Program-made: the position numbers and the translations under genes
The notes under the pieces: generated by a model
The model's input: only the letters and a program-made list of their open reading frames with translations
Database searches by the model: none
Told to the model about the DNA's origin: nothing
Source: Chrysomallon squamiferum
Taxonomy: Eukaryota; Animalia; Mollusca
Assembly (NCBI GenBank): GCA_012295275.1
Contig: CM022670.1
Span: 27,280,001 to 27,344,000, forward strand
Length of the DNA stretch: 64,000 bases
Reading direction: 5' to 3'
In this document: one piece after another, positions 48,690 through 62,700 of the stretch
Numbering within the stretch: position 1 is the stretch's first letter
Layout of the letters: every line of letters starts with the position of its first letter

Positions 48690-48945
48690 ATAGACTGATT
48701 TAGTTATTTTCCTGCTCCAGATAGGTTAGAGCATGCTAATTTCATATTCAAATGAGAGATGACTGGTTTATAAAAGTCCCTGATATGTATTATCCTGTCT
48801 ATGGGAAGACATATATAAGTATATTGCTTGTTGCTAATTGATAAGAGAAAACAGTGGATGTGGATTCTCTCTTCCCTTAATATACCATCAAAAAAAGTGC
48901 ATATGCTGATTTTGTGATGTCCTGAAATGATGTTAAATAAATATT
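48690..48945 (+). mobile_element. Degenerate SINE-like dispersed repeat fragment
   Basis: TATGTATTATCCTGTCTATGGGAAG...TTGCTTGTTGCTAATTG resembles, from recall only, a core segment of mollusc SINEs; a weaker similar piece lies near 33890-34000. Confidence 0.3.
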
Positions 48946-50130
48946 AATTCATTTATAAAAGAAACTTGTTGCTACTGCAGTGAGAAATTTCTGATCAACA
49001 TAGGACATGCCTACCATGACATTTAGTCCATGACCTTGAACTGAGAAACAAAACTCTTTTATCTTTTTGTATATTCTTTACTCCATTTAAAAAAAAATAT
49101 AAAAAAATAATTCTAGGGTTATAAAAATGTGCTGTTCTCTTAAATGTTGTCTTTTGTTCAGAAAAATACTTAAGTATTTGTAATAACTCAAACAAATATA
49201 GATTTGTAATCACTTAGAATATGAAATATATTTATGTTAACATTCTGTAATGTCATGTACTTGAGATACCCGTGCCCCAGTTTTCAAAAGAGTCATCTAA
49301 ACTGGTTCAAACTCTGTAGAACTAAGTGGTTGTTTGTTCTGGTAAAACTATTAATTTTTTAATAACTAGCCTGGAAACAAATGTTTCTATTGTTTTGTAA
49401 TATAAATTAGTTATCAGACACATATAATACATCACAGAGCTCATTAGCAGTAATTAGACACAGAAAGGATAATACACTTTAAATGTTTTGTAATATGAAT
49501 CATTTATTAAAAGTAAAGTAATACTGGAAGGAATGAATGATTAGCAAACCTTTAATATTAACAGACTTGTACAGTGGAGAGAAGAACAGTAACTGCACAG
49601 ATACTAATAACTGTAATTATAATTTACCTGAATGTTTAACAACAAACTTCCTAATAATAATAATTATAGCTATTACTATAGTCTTCATATGTATTTTAAT
49701 ATTAATAGTTACAGCAGTAATCAGACTGAAATTAATAATTATTTTAATTAATCAATTATAACTATTACCATAACCTTTGTATCTATTTTAATACTCATAG
49801 TTACAGCAGTAACAAGACTGATACTAATAATTATTGTAATTAATGAATTGTGACCAGTACTACAGCCTTGTTTCTGAACAGATGACATCACCCAGTTTAG
49901 TACTGACAGTGAGTGGGTGTCACAGATATAATTGTCAGTCCTGCTGCTGCCTCTCCCTGGGCAGCTCTTATTGATTAGCAGCATGGGACATGTTTTTATC
50001 CATGCTGAGAAAAACATAAAACACACCTTCTGTTAATACCAGTGTCGCAGTGCTGCCTGGAACTGTAAATAACACAAAACAGAAACTTACAGTGACTGAA
50101 CCTGGAAACTGTACACCTGGATAGTGCTCT

Positions 50131-53100
50131 ACAATTCAGTCTTTGATAGACAGTGCTCTACCATGGACATACAATTAAGTCTTTGATAGACAGTACTCTA
50201 CCATGGACATACAATTCAGCCTTTGATAGACAGTACTCTACCATGGATATACAATTCAGTCTTTGATAGACAGTTCTCTACCATGGACATACAGTTCAGT
50301 CTTTGATAGACAGTACTCTACCATTGACATACAGTCCAGTCTTTGATATAAAGTACTCTACCACTGACATACAGTCCAGTCTTTCATATACAGTACTCTA
50401 CCATTGACATACAGTCGAGTCTTTGATAGAAAGTACTCTACCACTGACATACAGTCGAGTCTTTGATAGACAGTACTCTACCACTGACATACAGTCCAGT
50501 CTTTCATATACAGTACTCTACCACTGACATACAGTCGAGTCTTTGATAGACAGTACTCTACCACTGACATACAGTCTAGTCTTTGATAGACAGTACTCTA
50601 CCATTGACATACAGTCGAGTCTTTGATAGATGGTACTCTACCACTGACATACAGTCGAGTCTTTGATAGACAGTACTCTACCACTGATATACAGTCCAGT
50701 CTTTCATATACAGTACTCTACCACTGACATACAGTCGAGTCTTTGATAGACAGTACTCTACCATTGCCATACAGTCCAGTCTTTGATAGACAGTACTCTA
50801 CCATTGACATACAGTCTAGTCTTTGATAGACAGTACTCTACCATTGACATACAGTCCAGTCTTTGATATCCAGTCTTTAACCATTGACATACAGTCCAGT
50901 CTTTGATATCCAGTCTTTAACCATTGACATACAATCCAGTCTTTCATATACTGTACTCTACCATTGATATACAGTCCAGTCTTTGATAGACAGTACTCTA
51001 CCATTGATATACAGTCCAGTCTTTGATATCCAGTCTTTAACCATTGATATACAGTCCAGTCTTTGATAGACAGAACTCTACCACTGACATACAGTCCAGT
51101 CTTTGATAGACAGTACTCTACCATTGACATACAGTCCAGTCTTTGATAGACAGTATTTAACCATTGACATTCAGTCCAGTCTTTGATATCCAGTCTTTAA
51201 CCACTGACATACAGTCCAGTCTTTCATATACAGTACTCTACCACTGACATACAGTCCAGTCTTTGATAGATGGTACTCTACCACTGATATACAGTCCAGT
51301 CTTTGATAGATGGTACTCTACCACTGACATACAGTCCAGTCTTTGATAGACAGTACTCTACCACTGACATACAGTCCAGTCTTTCATATACAGTACTCTA
51401 CCACTGACATACAGTCCAGTCTTTGATAGACAGTACTCTACCATTGACATACAGTCCAGTCTTTGATAGACAGTACTCTACCATTGACATACAGTCTAGT
51501 CTTTGATAGACAGTACTCTACCATTGACATACAGTCCAGTCTTTGATATCCAGTCTTTAACCATTGACATACAGTCCAGTCTTTGATATCCAGTCTTTAA
51601 CCATTGACATACAATCCAGTCTTTCATATACTGTACTCTACCATTGACATACAGTCCAGTCTTTGATAGACAGTACTCTACCATTGATATACAGTCCAGT
51701 CTTTGATATCCAGTCTTTAACCATTGATATACAGTCCAGTCTTTGATAGACAGAACTCTACCACTGACATACAGTCCAGTCTTTGATAGACAGTACTCTA
51801 CCATTGACATACAGTCCAGTCTTTGATAGACAGTATTTAACCATTGACATTCAGTCCAGTCTTTGATATCCAGTCTTTAACCACTGACATACAGTCCAGT
51901 CTTTCATATACAGTACTCTACCACTGACATACAGTCCAGTCTTTGATAGATGGTACTCTACCACTGATATACAGTCCAGTCTTTGATAGATGGTACTCTA
52001 CCACTGACATACAGTCCAGTCTTTGATAGACAGTACTCTACCACTGACATACAGTCCAGTCTTTGATAGATGGTACTCTACCACTGACATACAGTCCAGT
52101 CTTTGATAGACAGTACTCTACCACTGACATACAGTCCAGTCTTTGATAGACAGAACTCTACCACTGACATACAGTCCAGTCTTTGATAGACAGTACTCTA
52201 CCATTGACATACAGTCCAGTCTTTGATATCCAGTCTTTAACCATTGACATACAATCCAGTCTTTCATATACTGTACTCTACCATTGACATACAGTCCAGT
52301 CTTTGATAGACAGTACTCTACCATTGATATACAGTCCAGTCTTTGATATCCAGTCTTTAACCATTGATATACAGTCCAGTCTTTGATAGACAGAACTCTA
52401 CCACTGACATACAGTCCAGTCTTTGATAGACAGTACTCTACCATTGACATACAGTCCAGTCTTTGATAGACAGTATTTAACCATTGACATTCAGTCCAGT
52501 CTTTGATATCCAGTCTTTAACCACTGACATACAGTCCAGTCTTTCATATACAGTACTCTACCACTGACATACAGTCCAGTCTTTGATAGATGGTACTCTA
52601 CCACTGACATACAGTCCAGTCTTTGATAGACAGTACTCTACCACTGACATACAGTCCAGTCTTTGATAGACAGTACTCTACCACTGACATACAGTCCAGT
52701 CTTTGATAGACAGAACTCTACCACTGACATACAGTCCAGTCTTTGATAGACAGTACTCTACCATTGACATACAGTCCAGTCTTTGATAGACAGTACTCTA
52801 CCACTGACATACAGTCCAGTCTTTGATAGACAGTACTCTACCACTGACATACAGTCCAGTCTTTCATATACTGTACTCTACCATTGACATACAGTCCAGT
52901 GTTTGATAGACAGTACTCTACCATTGACATATCATCCAGCCTTTGATAGACAGTGCTCTACCATTGACATACAGTCCAGTTCTTCATATAATGTACTCTA
53001 CCACTGACATACAGTCGAGTCTTTGATAGACAGTACTCTACCATTGACATACAGTCCAGTCTTTCATATACTGTACTCTACCATTGACATACAGTCCAGT

Positions 53101-53316
53101 TTTTGATAGACAGTACTCTACCATTGACATACAGTCCAGTCTTTGATAGACAGTACTCTACCATTGACATACAGTCCAGTCTTTCATATACTGTACTCTA
53201 CCATTGACATACAGTCCAGTGTTTGATAGACAGTACTCTACCATTGACATACAGTCCAGTCTTTGAAAGACAGTACTCTACCACTGACATACAGTCCAGT
53301 CTTTGATAGACAGTGT
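50131..53316. repeat. 40-bp minisatellite, about 79 copies, with higher-order blocks
   Basis: Unit CTTTGATAGACAGTACTCTACCA(T/C)TGACATACAGTCCAGT; the 40-nt register holds across 3.2 kb. Confidence 0.97.
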
Positions 53317-54597
53317 TATAATTTGATACACAGAACTCAATCATGAACCTGCACTCTAGAGTTTGAGACACAGTGCTCTGCTATAATCTAACGTATGTGT
53401 ACTAAGTACATTTATGTATGTATATGTATTTAATTAAATATGAATAAACGTGTGTGTGTGTGTGCACATGCATTAATGTTATCTTCATTCCTTGTTTGAA
53501 CATTAAAAACCAATATGTCATCAGCATCTTTCTTTGTTCTTTTTTTTTTTTTATAATCTCATATATTTACAAATCATTATCTTCTTCTTTAAGAACTGCT
53601 CATAAAACCTGCTTCATGTTTGTTTAATGGCTTTATCAGCCAGGTATATCTAAATGTAAACATTTATCTTTAACATAAAATTACAGAGCCTCATCTACTG
53701 TTATCGTTGCAGTCAAAATATATTTTTTATTTTTATGATCTTGTTTGTATAGCTAACACTGCATTTGCTGTCAATGGTACAAAGAACTACTGCTGTTGCT
53801 ACTACTACTACTATACAGTTATTACCACAACTACCACTACTGCTACTATTATAACCTCATCTGATACGATGCCTGCAACTATAACTATTAGTTTATCTAC
53901 TACTACTTTAACATAACTTATTAATATTATTGTTGTTGTTGCTGTTGCTTCTAATGTTAACTGCAGCAGAAGCAGTAGTATAATATATATAACAGTAATA
54001 ACAGAAGCAATAGTTATAATAGGAATATAGTAGTTTTAAAGTAGTGGTGATAGAAAAACAAGTAGCAGTAGTAGAAATCGTAATAGTACTAGTAATAATA
54101 GTAGTATTAATTCTGGAAACAATAACAGAAAGATTGTAATAGTAATAGTAACAAAGGTAGTAGCAATATAATACCAATAGCAGGAATAGTAACAGTAATA
54201 TTTTCTGTTACATTTTATCACTTTCAAATGTTTATTTTTACCTTTGTGCGATTATAAAAGGGAATCTACCAACAGTCATATCAGAAATATTAATTGCTGT
54301 TAATTAGCATTGTGTCTGACATTATCAAATCATTTTACTGCAGATCTGGTCTTGTCAAGGACATATTGATTTCCTAACTACTTACTTTTGCTAGAAGGAT
54401 ATACTTAAACAAATCTTCCATAAGTGATTATCTGACTGTATTATCATATTTATAACTAATGGTTAGAAAGTATTGTTTCAAAGCCTGCAGAGTCATTAGA
54501 CAAAAGGTTTAAGAGTGGTAGCTTGTGGGATCAAATTCTGGTTCTTGCATCTAACCAGAGTTAACTGTTGATGCTGTATAATAACCATAGTTCTTCT

Positions 54598-54960
54598 TTA
54601 TTCACTTACACATACTAAGTATTGTAATGTATCACTAGAATTCACTTACACTAACTATTGCTATATATCATTAGAATTCACTTACACACACACTAACTAT
54701 TGTTATACATCACTAGAATTCACTTACATATACTAATTATTGTTATATATCATTAGAAATCATTTACACACTAATTATTGCAGTATATCACTAGAATTAA
54801 CTTAAACATACTAACTACTGTAAAATATCTCTAGAATTCATTTACACACACTCTAAGGATTGTATTATATCACTAAATTCACTTACATAAATATACACTG
54901 TAACATATCATTAGAATTCCCTTTTATAGACAAACTAACTATTGTTATGTATACATCACT
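54598..54960. repeat. Degenerate tandem repeat of about 38 bp, about 9 copies
   Basis: ATCA(C/T)TAGAATTCACTTACA(CA)nCTAACTATTG recurs. Confidence 0.8.
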
Positions 54961-55451
54961 GGCTTCATTTCCTCACTGGGCTCTGTGTAAATGAGAGGTG
55001 TGCTCCCCTGAGTTTAACCATTTCATGCAGTAATTAAGATAACTCTGATAAGCAGAAAAATAAATGAGAGGTCCAAATGTCCATGAGTGGAGTCCTGCGA
55101 CACTGGAACCTGTGGCCGTGTTTCCATGACAACAGGAAATTAAAACAGCCCAATGATTATGTTTTATGATGAGATAAATAGTCTCTTTGTTTACAGCTTT
55201 CTGTCAAAGGTAAATGATGGAAGGGCTGTAATTATACATTATCTGTTGAATGTATTATAAATAGGACAGATTTTCCATATATATATATATAGATATAGAG
55301 AGAGAGAGAGAGAGAGAGTAAAATAGAGACAATTCAACAAAAAAGAAGGTAGCTTTATAAAATTTAGTGAAGAATGTTTCTATATAAATAACAAGATTGA
55401 AGCATTACAGTTTAAAGCTTACTCTGACTTTTTGTATATGAGTTTTATTAT

Positions 55452-55492
<41 letters not shown>

Positions 55493-55753
55493 TTACTACA
55501 GCTATTGCTACAGCTACTCTTATTCCTGTTATTGTTGTTGTAATTTTTCCTTTTAGTTTCTTAAAATAAAATAATTTTATTTCTTGTCTTAATGGGGTTT
55601 TGCTTGTTTTACTTTTTCTTTTTTTTTTTTTTTTTGCTTTTGCCTTTTGGTTTGACAGATAGTAAAGAAAATAATAAAACAAAACTCCTTAATATGTGTT
55701 TTGTTGTTTCAAATATTTTATTATTGTTATCACCATCATCATCATCACATAAG

Positions 55754-55798
<45 letters not shown>

Positions 55799-57077
55799 AT
55801 AAATAAATCAATAAAACTGTATACCATTCAAATCAAAAAGTATTTTTAAGTATAATCCAATTACATAGTAATAAATTGAAACCAGATGAGAATCACAGGT
55901 AAAAAAAACATTTATTTTATTATGAAGCTGTAATTTTTTAATATTCAGGTAATTAATAAATAAATACAAACAGAAAAGAAAAAAAAAGAATTTTGCTGTA
56001 TATATATATATATGCTTTGCCTTAAACAAACGTACATATATTTGACAATGTCTCACAGCAAATATTGCTGAGGACATTAAAAAATAAGTCTGATGTCAGT
56101 TAGTACATTTTTCTCATTGTTGTCTCTGCCAATCGTTTTTTGAGCTATTAAGCCATCTTTCTACAGTGCAATTTTTGCTAACAAAAACCTACAACAATCA
56201 AATTGTCTATAAATGACTTTTTAGATATATGACAGCACTTTAAACAATATGTATAACTTAGTAAATAATAATAGCAAGCTTAACACTTTCAGGTGCCTTT
56301 CATAAAGCCATGATTTATGATTTGTACATTAAAAGATGCATAGTGTGAATGTACCTTTAGATGGTGTTTGACATTCATTGCTTGTATGTTATGATGGTTA
56401 TATTCTCAAGAGATGCTTTATTTTTAATATTATTATTTTTTTTTAATTAAGAGTGATTTTCATTATAAGACATGTCTTGCTAAATGATCCATGAAATGAA
56501 GTTACAAAACAATAATAAAAGATTCATTCATGTTTTATGAATTAGAACTGTAAATAAATGTGTTTGCAAACCAGCATATCTACTGGCCAATTTTATTTAA
56601 TTTAGGCATATAACTGTATATATAATACATATACACATTCATAAACACATACATTTATACACACATTTATACATACATATGTATAAAAACACACACACAC
56701 ACAACATGTATCTTTTATTCTCTATAATTTATCTATCATGTTCTCCATTTTTAATATATATATATATATATATAAACACAAAACACACACATGTATATAG
56801 TTTGATAAACAGACATTCAGGTAGGTAGGCAGGTTTTGTGTATATGTGTCTATATGTGCATATATTATTTCTAGTAATAATCTTAATTTCTGTGCATTAT
56901 TTTAAAATAATTTTTTGATAACATTTTTTATACACCTGTTATAAAAGATAAATCAATGCAGCTTAAAGCATTTGTTTGAATTTTATTTAAAAAGCTTCTC
57001 TGACTAACCCACAAATCTGAAACCAGGTGAAGACGTATGTATAAATAAATGTTTTATATTTGATTATTATTATTATT

Positions 57078-57113
<36 letters not shown>

Positions 57114-57259
57114 AATTATATTTATTTATTTAGTTCGTTTTATTGTTTTTCTTAATCATGTGTTTGGAATTTCAAGGTTATGAAGAATGAAATGGTGCAT
57201 GGAATACAGCAGGTTTCATGGACTGGTCAGATGTAAAGATGGCTATGATTGGCTAGACA

Positions 57260-57337
57260 ATGACCAATAATAATTCACTACAGAATGGAAGCCTGGAACT
57301 TAGTTTGTCAAATATTACATGTATGTTGTTGTTGTTT

Positions 57338-57368
<31 letters not shown>

Positions 57369-57777
57369 TATTATTTCTACCTTTACTATTATTAAATTAT
57401 TTATTTATTTAATAATTTTTATTCAGTTGATCAAATTAGAGTATTTACTAAATGTCACTGATGTTTAGTGATAAAAATAAACAATAAGTAATTTATTAAT
57501 AAATGTATTTTGTAACAGAAAATAATAAATTTGTAACAAAAAAATTATACAAAAATTTTATTTAATCTAAAGTACATTAAAACTGTTTCAGATTTCTTTA
57601 AACAAATAATTATGTTATGACTGTTGATCTTATTATCTTCAAATTATTATTTATTATTTTTATAAAACCTATTATTATTACTATTACTGTTATTATAATA
57701 ACTACTACTATTACTACTACTTTTACTATTATTATTATTTATATTATTGTTATTACTGCTGTTATTATTATTATTTT

Positions 57778-57809
<32 letters not shown>

Positions 57810-58376
57810 ATTATTATTATTATTATTACCTAAATTATTCTTGCTGGGTTTTTTTTATTAATATTAGTTTTATTTCTATTATCACTTATCATTATCATCA
57901 TCATCATATTTATTATTATTATTATTATCATTTATATTATCATTATTATCATTATTATTACTTTAATTACTAAAACTATTTTTTTGGTTTTTATCTTCAT
58001 TCACATTACTTTTACCCGTTACCATCAATATTCACCATGATCACCATGATGATGATCATCATCATCATCATTCATGTTACTATTCCCTCAGTGTCTGTGC
58101 TGTCCGAGGGCTCGCAGACTGGGCTGAGCTATCTCTACTGGATCTTTCTCTGCATTCTCATCACACTTGTTGGTTTCTGCTTCGCGTCCTGGAAGTATCT
58201 CAGGTTTGTCTTCATTTTTTAAATTATATATGTTCATATACATTAATATACACATATATATTCCCACACAAACATATATACACATACATATATACATAAT
58301 TACACACACACACACATATATATATATATGCACACATGCAGATATACATGCAAAGGTGTGTGTGTGCATGTGAATG

Positions 58377-58409
<33 letters not shown>

Positions 58410-58504
58410 CTATGTATCTACATATATACAAATATATATATACAAATACATATACACAAGCATATATATGTTTATATTAGGCACATATATTTATGGATAA
58501 ATAT

Positions 58505-58545
<41 letters not shown>

Positions 58546-58840
58546 CATACATACATACAAATGTACATAAACACATATCAGCAATTCCTACTTTTTTATA
58601 ATTTAAAAGCAAATTATTTTTTTTGAATTTTAGAAATCAGTTGTTTTATTAAAAAAAGAACACCCACTAAATTACATTGTTTATTTCATAATGATTACAT
58701 TTAGCTAATCTGTTTCTAAGTTATACAAATACAGCAGTAGTATGTTTTCACCTTTTGAATATTTAAAAAACAGAGAGAACAAAACATGCTTCTGGTTACT
58801 CAGCTGGTGTAGGTTAGTTTTATCATTAAAAAAATTATAA

Positions 58841-58887
<47 letters not shown>

Positions 58888-58988
58888 CTCAGTTTGTGTA
58901 GAATTTTCTGTTTATGGTGAGACACTCTGATATATAGTATTTTACCAGCTGATAAATTAATATTTTTGTTTGTTTATTTTTATTTTAA

Positions 58989-59025
<37 letters not shown>

Positions 59026-59943
59026 GTTGTTGTTGTTGTTGTTGTTAATGTTGTTGTTGTTGTTTTTTTGCTTTGTTTTTTTGTTTTTTTTAGTTCCAAT
59101 AATAATTATATCTGATTATATAAGAGACAGACAAAGATAAAATTAAAATTACTTTCCAAGACTATATAATTATTTTTATTTTATATATTACAAAAACAAA
59201 TATTAAAAAAAACTTATCACTAGATATATAAAGTGAGTAACTGAACATTTGTGTTTGATTTCAGAGATCAGTATCACAATCCAGAAAGAAAAAGAAAAAG
59301 AAAAGAGAAATATGAAGATGACACAAGAGGTAACAAAAATAAACAATTTTACTTTATTCAACATATCACTGGAAACAACAACAACAACAACAACAACAGC
59401 AACAATAACAATAATAATAACAATAATAATAACACAACAATAACAATAATAATAGCAATAATAACAACAACAATAATAATAGTAACAGTAGTAATAACAA
59501 CAACAGTGATGATTATGATGATGATGACAATGAGTATGTATGGGTTCTATAAATAATAAATGATTTTCTTTCTGAATTTCATATAAAAACATTATTTATT
59601 CACCTGTGACTAACTTCTATGCTCTGTATGAAAAACAGTCTATTTTTTCTATTTTAAGTCAACCTGTTAAGAGCCAATGCCCCAGCGATTAGATGCATTA
59701 AAAACAGTTTCATCAATAATGTCAAAATGTTCCATAAAATGATAAATGTCAACTGCATATCAAACTCACTTCACTTTAATTACACATACATACACACACA
59801 CACACACACACATTTCCAAGAAATAGTTCTGGCTATTAAAGGGTTAAATTAGGTTACATGATGCAATTTAAACAATCTTGTTATTAATAAGTCTGTGTAG
59901 ATAATTTAATATTACAGGAAATTTGATTAAGTTTAATGGCTAG
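57260..59943 (+). CDS. Gene C: small single-pass (type III-like) membrane protein, about 87 aa if the putative last exon is right
   Basis: Exons 57260-57320 (MTNNNSLQNGSLELSLSNIT, in-frame TAG just upstream), 58092-58203 (LSVLSEGSQTGLSYLYWIFLCILITLVGFCFASWKYLR) and 59265-59329 (DQYHNPERKRKRKEKYEDDTR) join with matching phases 1, 2, 1. The last exon 59918-59943 (GNLIKFNG-TAG) is tentative. Confidence 0.65.
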
Positions 59944-60396
59944 ATGGATTGGTTGTGATGGGATTGCTTCCCTTTGATGGATGTTTTCAGTTACGTCAAT
60001 ATTTCACCTAGATCTCAATAAAAACCACTTTTCACTGATAATGTGCATATTCAGAGTGACATGCATTTGCTTGCTGGTTGTCTTATATCAGGTCCAGTAC
60101 ATGTGTGCTTGAATCATATATTTTTAAGAATCAAAACCATCTGATTGAATCAGTGATATATCTAAAAGTCAGAGATCTGTTATAGAAAATATTTCATTCA
60201 GCAACTTATGTATCAGTAGATAGAATAGATACCTATAAAAGTTAAATCTTTAAAATGATGGCTTGTAATCAAAGTGTTGTGTCCTTTTTTTTCTTCAGCT
60301 ACACTAAATACTGAGTTTATTTTGATGTTGTTTATTTCTGTCTCCTGTCAGTTCAATATGCTTAAAAAACAAATCTGGAATAATTCACTTTAGGCT

Positions 60397-61421
60397 GTGT
60401 TGTTAGTGTGTTAGTTTGTTGGAGTGTTAGTGTGTTAGTGTGTTGGAGTGTTAGTGTGTTAGTATGTTGGAGTGTTAGTGTGTTAGTAAGCAGGAGTGTT
60501 AATGTGTTAGTATGTTGGAGTGTTAGTGTGTTAGTATGTTGGAGTGTTAGTGTGTTAGTATGTTGGTAAGTGTGTTAGTTTGTTGCAGTGTTAGTGTGTT
60601 AGTATGTTGGAGTGTTAGTGTTAGTATGTTGGGGTGTTAGTGTGTTAATATGTTGGAGTGTTAGTGTGTTAGTATGTTGGAGTGTTAGAGTGTTAGTGTG
60701 TTAGTATGTTGGAGTGTTGGAGTGTTAGTGTGTTAGTATGTTGGAGTGTTAGTGTGTTAGTAAGTAGGAGTGTTAATGTATTAGTATGTTGGAATGTTGT
60801 TAGTGTGTTAGTATGTTGGAGTGTTGTTAGTGTGTTAGTAGGTTGGAGTGTTGTTAGTGTGTTAGTATGTTAGTATATTGGAGTGTGTTAGTATGTTAGT
60901 ATGTTGGAGTGCTGTTAGTGTGTTAGTATGCTAGTATGTTGGAGTGTTGTAAGTGTGTTTGCGTTAGTATGTTGGAGTGTTGTTAGTGTGTTAGTATGCT
61001 AGTATGTTGGAGTGTTGTTAGTGTGTTAGTGTGTTAGTATGTTAGAGTGTTGTTAGTGTGTTAGTATGCTAGTATGTTGGAGTGTTGTTAGTGTGTTAGT
61101 ATGTTGAAGTGTTGTTAGTGTGTTAGTATGTTAGTAGGTTGGAGTGTTGTTAGTGTGTTTATGTGTTAGTATGTTGGAGTGTTAGTGTGTTAGTATGCTA
61201 GTATGTTGGAGTGTTGTTAGTGTGTTAGTATGTTAGTAGGTTGGAGTGTTGTTAGTGTGGTTGTGTGTTAGTATGTTGGAGTGTTAGTGTGTTAGTATGC
61301 TAGTATGTTGGAGTGTTGTTAGTGTGTTAGTGTGTTAGTATGTTGGAGTGTTGTTAGAGTGTTAGTATGCTAGTATGTTGGAGTGTTGTTAGAGTGTCAG
61401 TGTGTTAGTATGTTGGAGTGT
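60397..61421. repeat. G/T-rich compound minisatellite built from GTGTTA / GTATGTTGGA modules
   Basis: About 1 kb with almost no C on the + strand. Confidence 0.92.
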
Positions 61422-61626
61422 AAGCAAGTTTAGAAGTGACTGTCTTTTGCCTGATGTTCCTTCTTCAACTTTTATACGATAGTAATTTCATCAGTATCAT
61501 TTGACATCTTATATACACACACACATATAGACGTACATACACACAGACACATACATACATATATATACACAAACATCAATATACTTACAAATATACATAC
61601 ATACATACATACATACATACATACAC

Positions 61627-61664
<38 letters not shown>

Positions 61665-62084
61665 ACATGTACAATATGTGATACAAACAGTTAACTGATG
61701 TGTTTAATTACACACTTTTCAGCTAACATTTATATATAACTTGATCTAATATTCTAAGATATTCTCTTTTAATGATTTTTAATGATTTTAATTTAATGAG
61801 AATTTTGTGCTAATTTTTGTGTGTCTGATACAAAAGTTTGTAAACTGATACAGATGTTGCTGTATGAATTATGATCTATATCAGATCCCTGACTTATTAT
61901 TATTGATTTAAACTCTATATCTGATGGGCATGATTACTCAGATGCTAATAGTTAATAAAAAATAAAAAATATTTCTGGTTTATTATATATTGTGTATCAA
62001 ATATGTGATGTTATTGACTGACTGACATAAACTCTCTATCAGTTGAGACATGTTATCTTATTTGGAAGAAAATGATGTTTGTTG

Positions 62085-62700
62085 ACATATATATATTATA
62101 TATGATGTAAAGATTGATATGAATGTTACTGATAAATATATATTTTATATCAAATGTAAGATTGATATGAATGTTACTGATAGATAGATATTTTATATCA
62201 AATGTAAGATTGATACGAATGTTACTGATAGACATATATTTTATATCAAATGTAAGATTGATATGAATGTTACTGATAGATATTTTATATCAAATGTAAG
62301 ATTGATATGAACGTTACTGATAGATATTTTATATCAAATGTAAGATTGATATGAATGTTACTGATAGATATATATTTTATATCAAATGTAAGATTGATAT
62401 GAATGTTACTGATAGATATTTATTTTATATCAAATGTAAGATTGATATGAATGTTACTATAGATATATATTCTAACACAGATGATGTTTCACTGATATGA
62501 ATGTTACTGATAGATATATATTCTAACACAGATGATGTTTCACTGATATGAATGTTACTATAGATATATATTCTAACACAGATGATGTTTCACTGATATG
62601 AATGTTACTGATAGATGTATATTGTACATCAGATGATGTATCACAGATATGAATGTTACTGATAGATGTATATTGTACATCAGATGATGTATCACAGACG
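62085..62700. repeat. Tandem repeat of about 45-51 bp that changes unit type along the array
   Basis: Constant core GATATGAATGTTACT(G)ATAGA with three successive flank variants. Confidence 0.88.

Noticed and set aside
49850-50070. GC-richer island with a 92-aa minus-strand ORF
   Set aside because: No recognisable domain in any frame and no phase-compatible neighbouring exons. It may be UTR or regulatory, but this is unsupported.
50131-53316. CRISPR-like regular array, and the repeated 104-110 aa ORFs on the minus strand
   Set aside because: Units are contiguous with no unique spacers, there are no cas genes and the context is eukaryotic. The ORFs are translations of a 40-bp satellite whose unit is not a multiple of 3.
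60397-61421. Interstitial telomeric repeat
   Set aside because: Contains TTAG but not TTAGGG or TTAGG tandem units.
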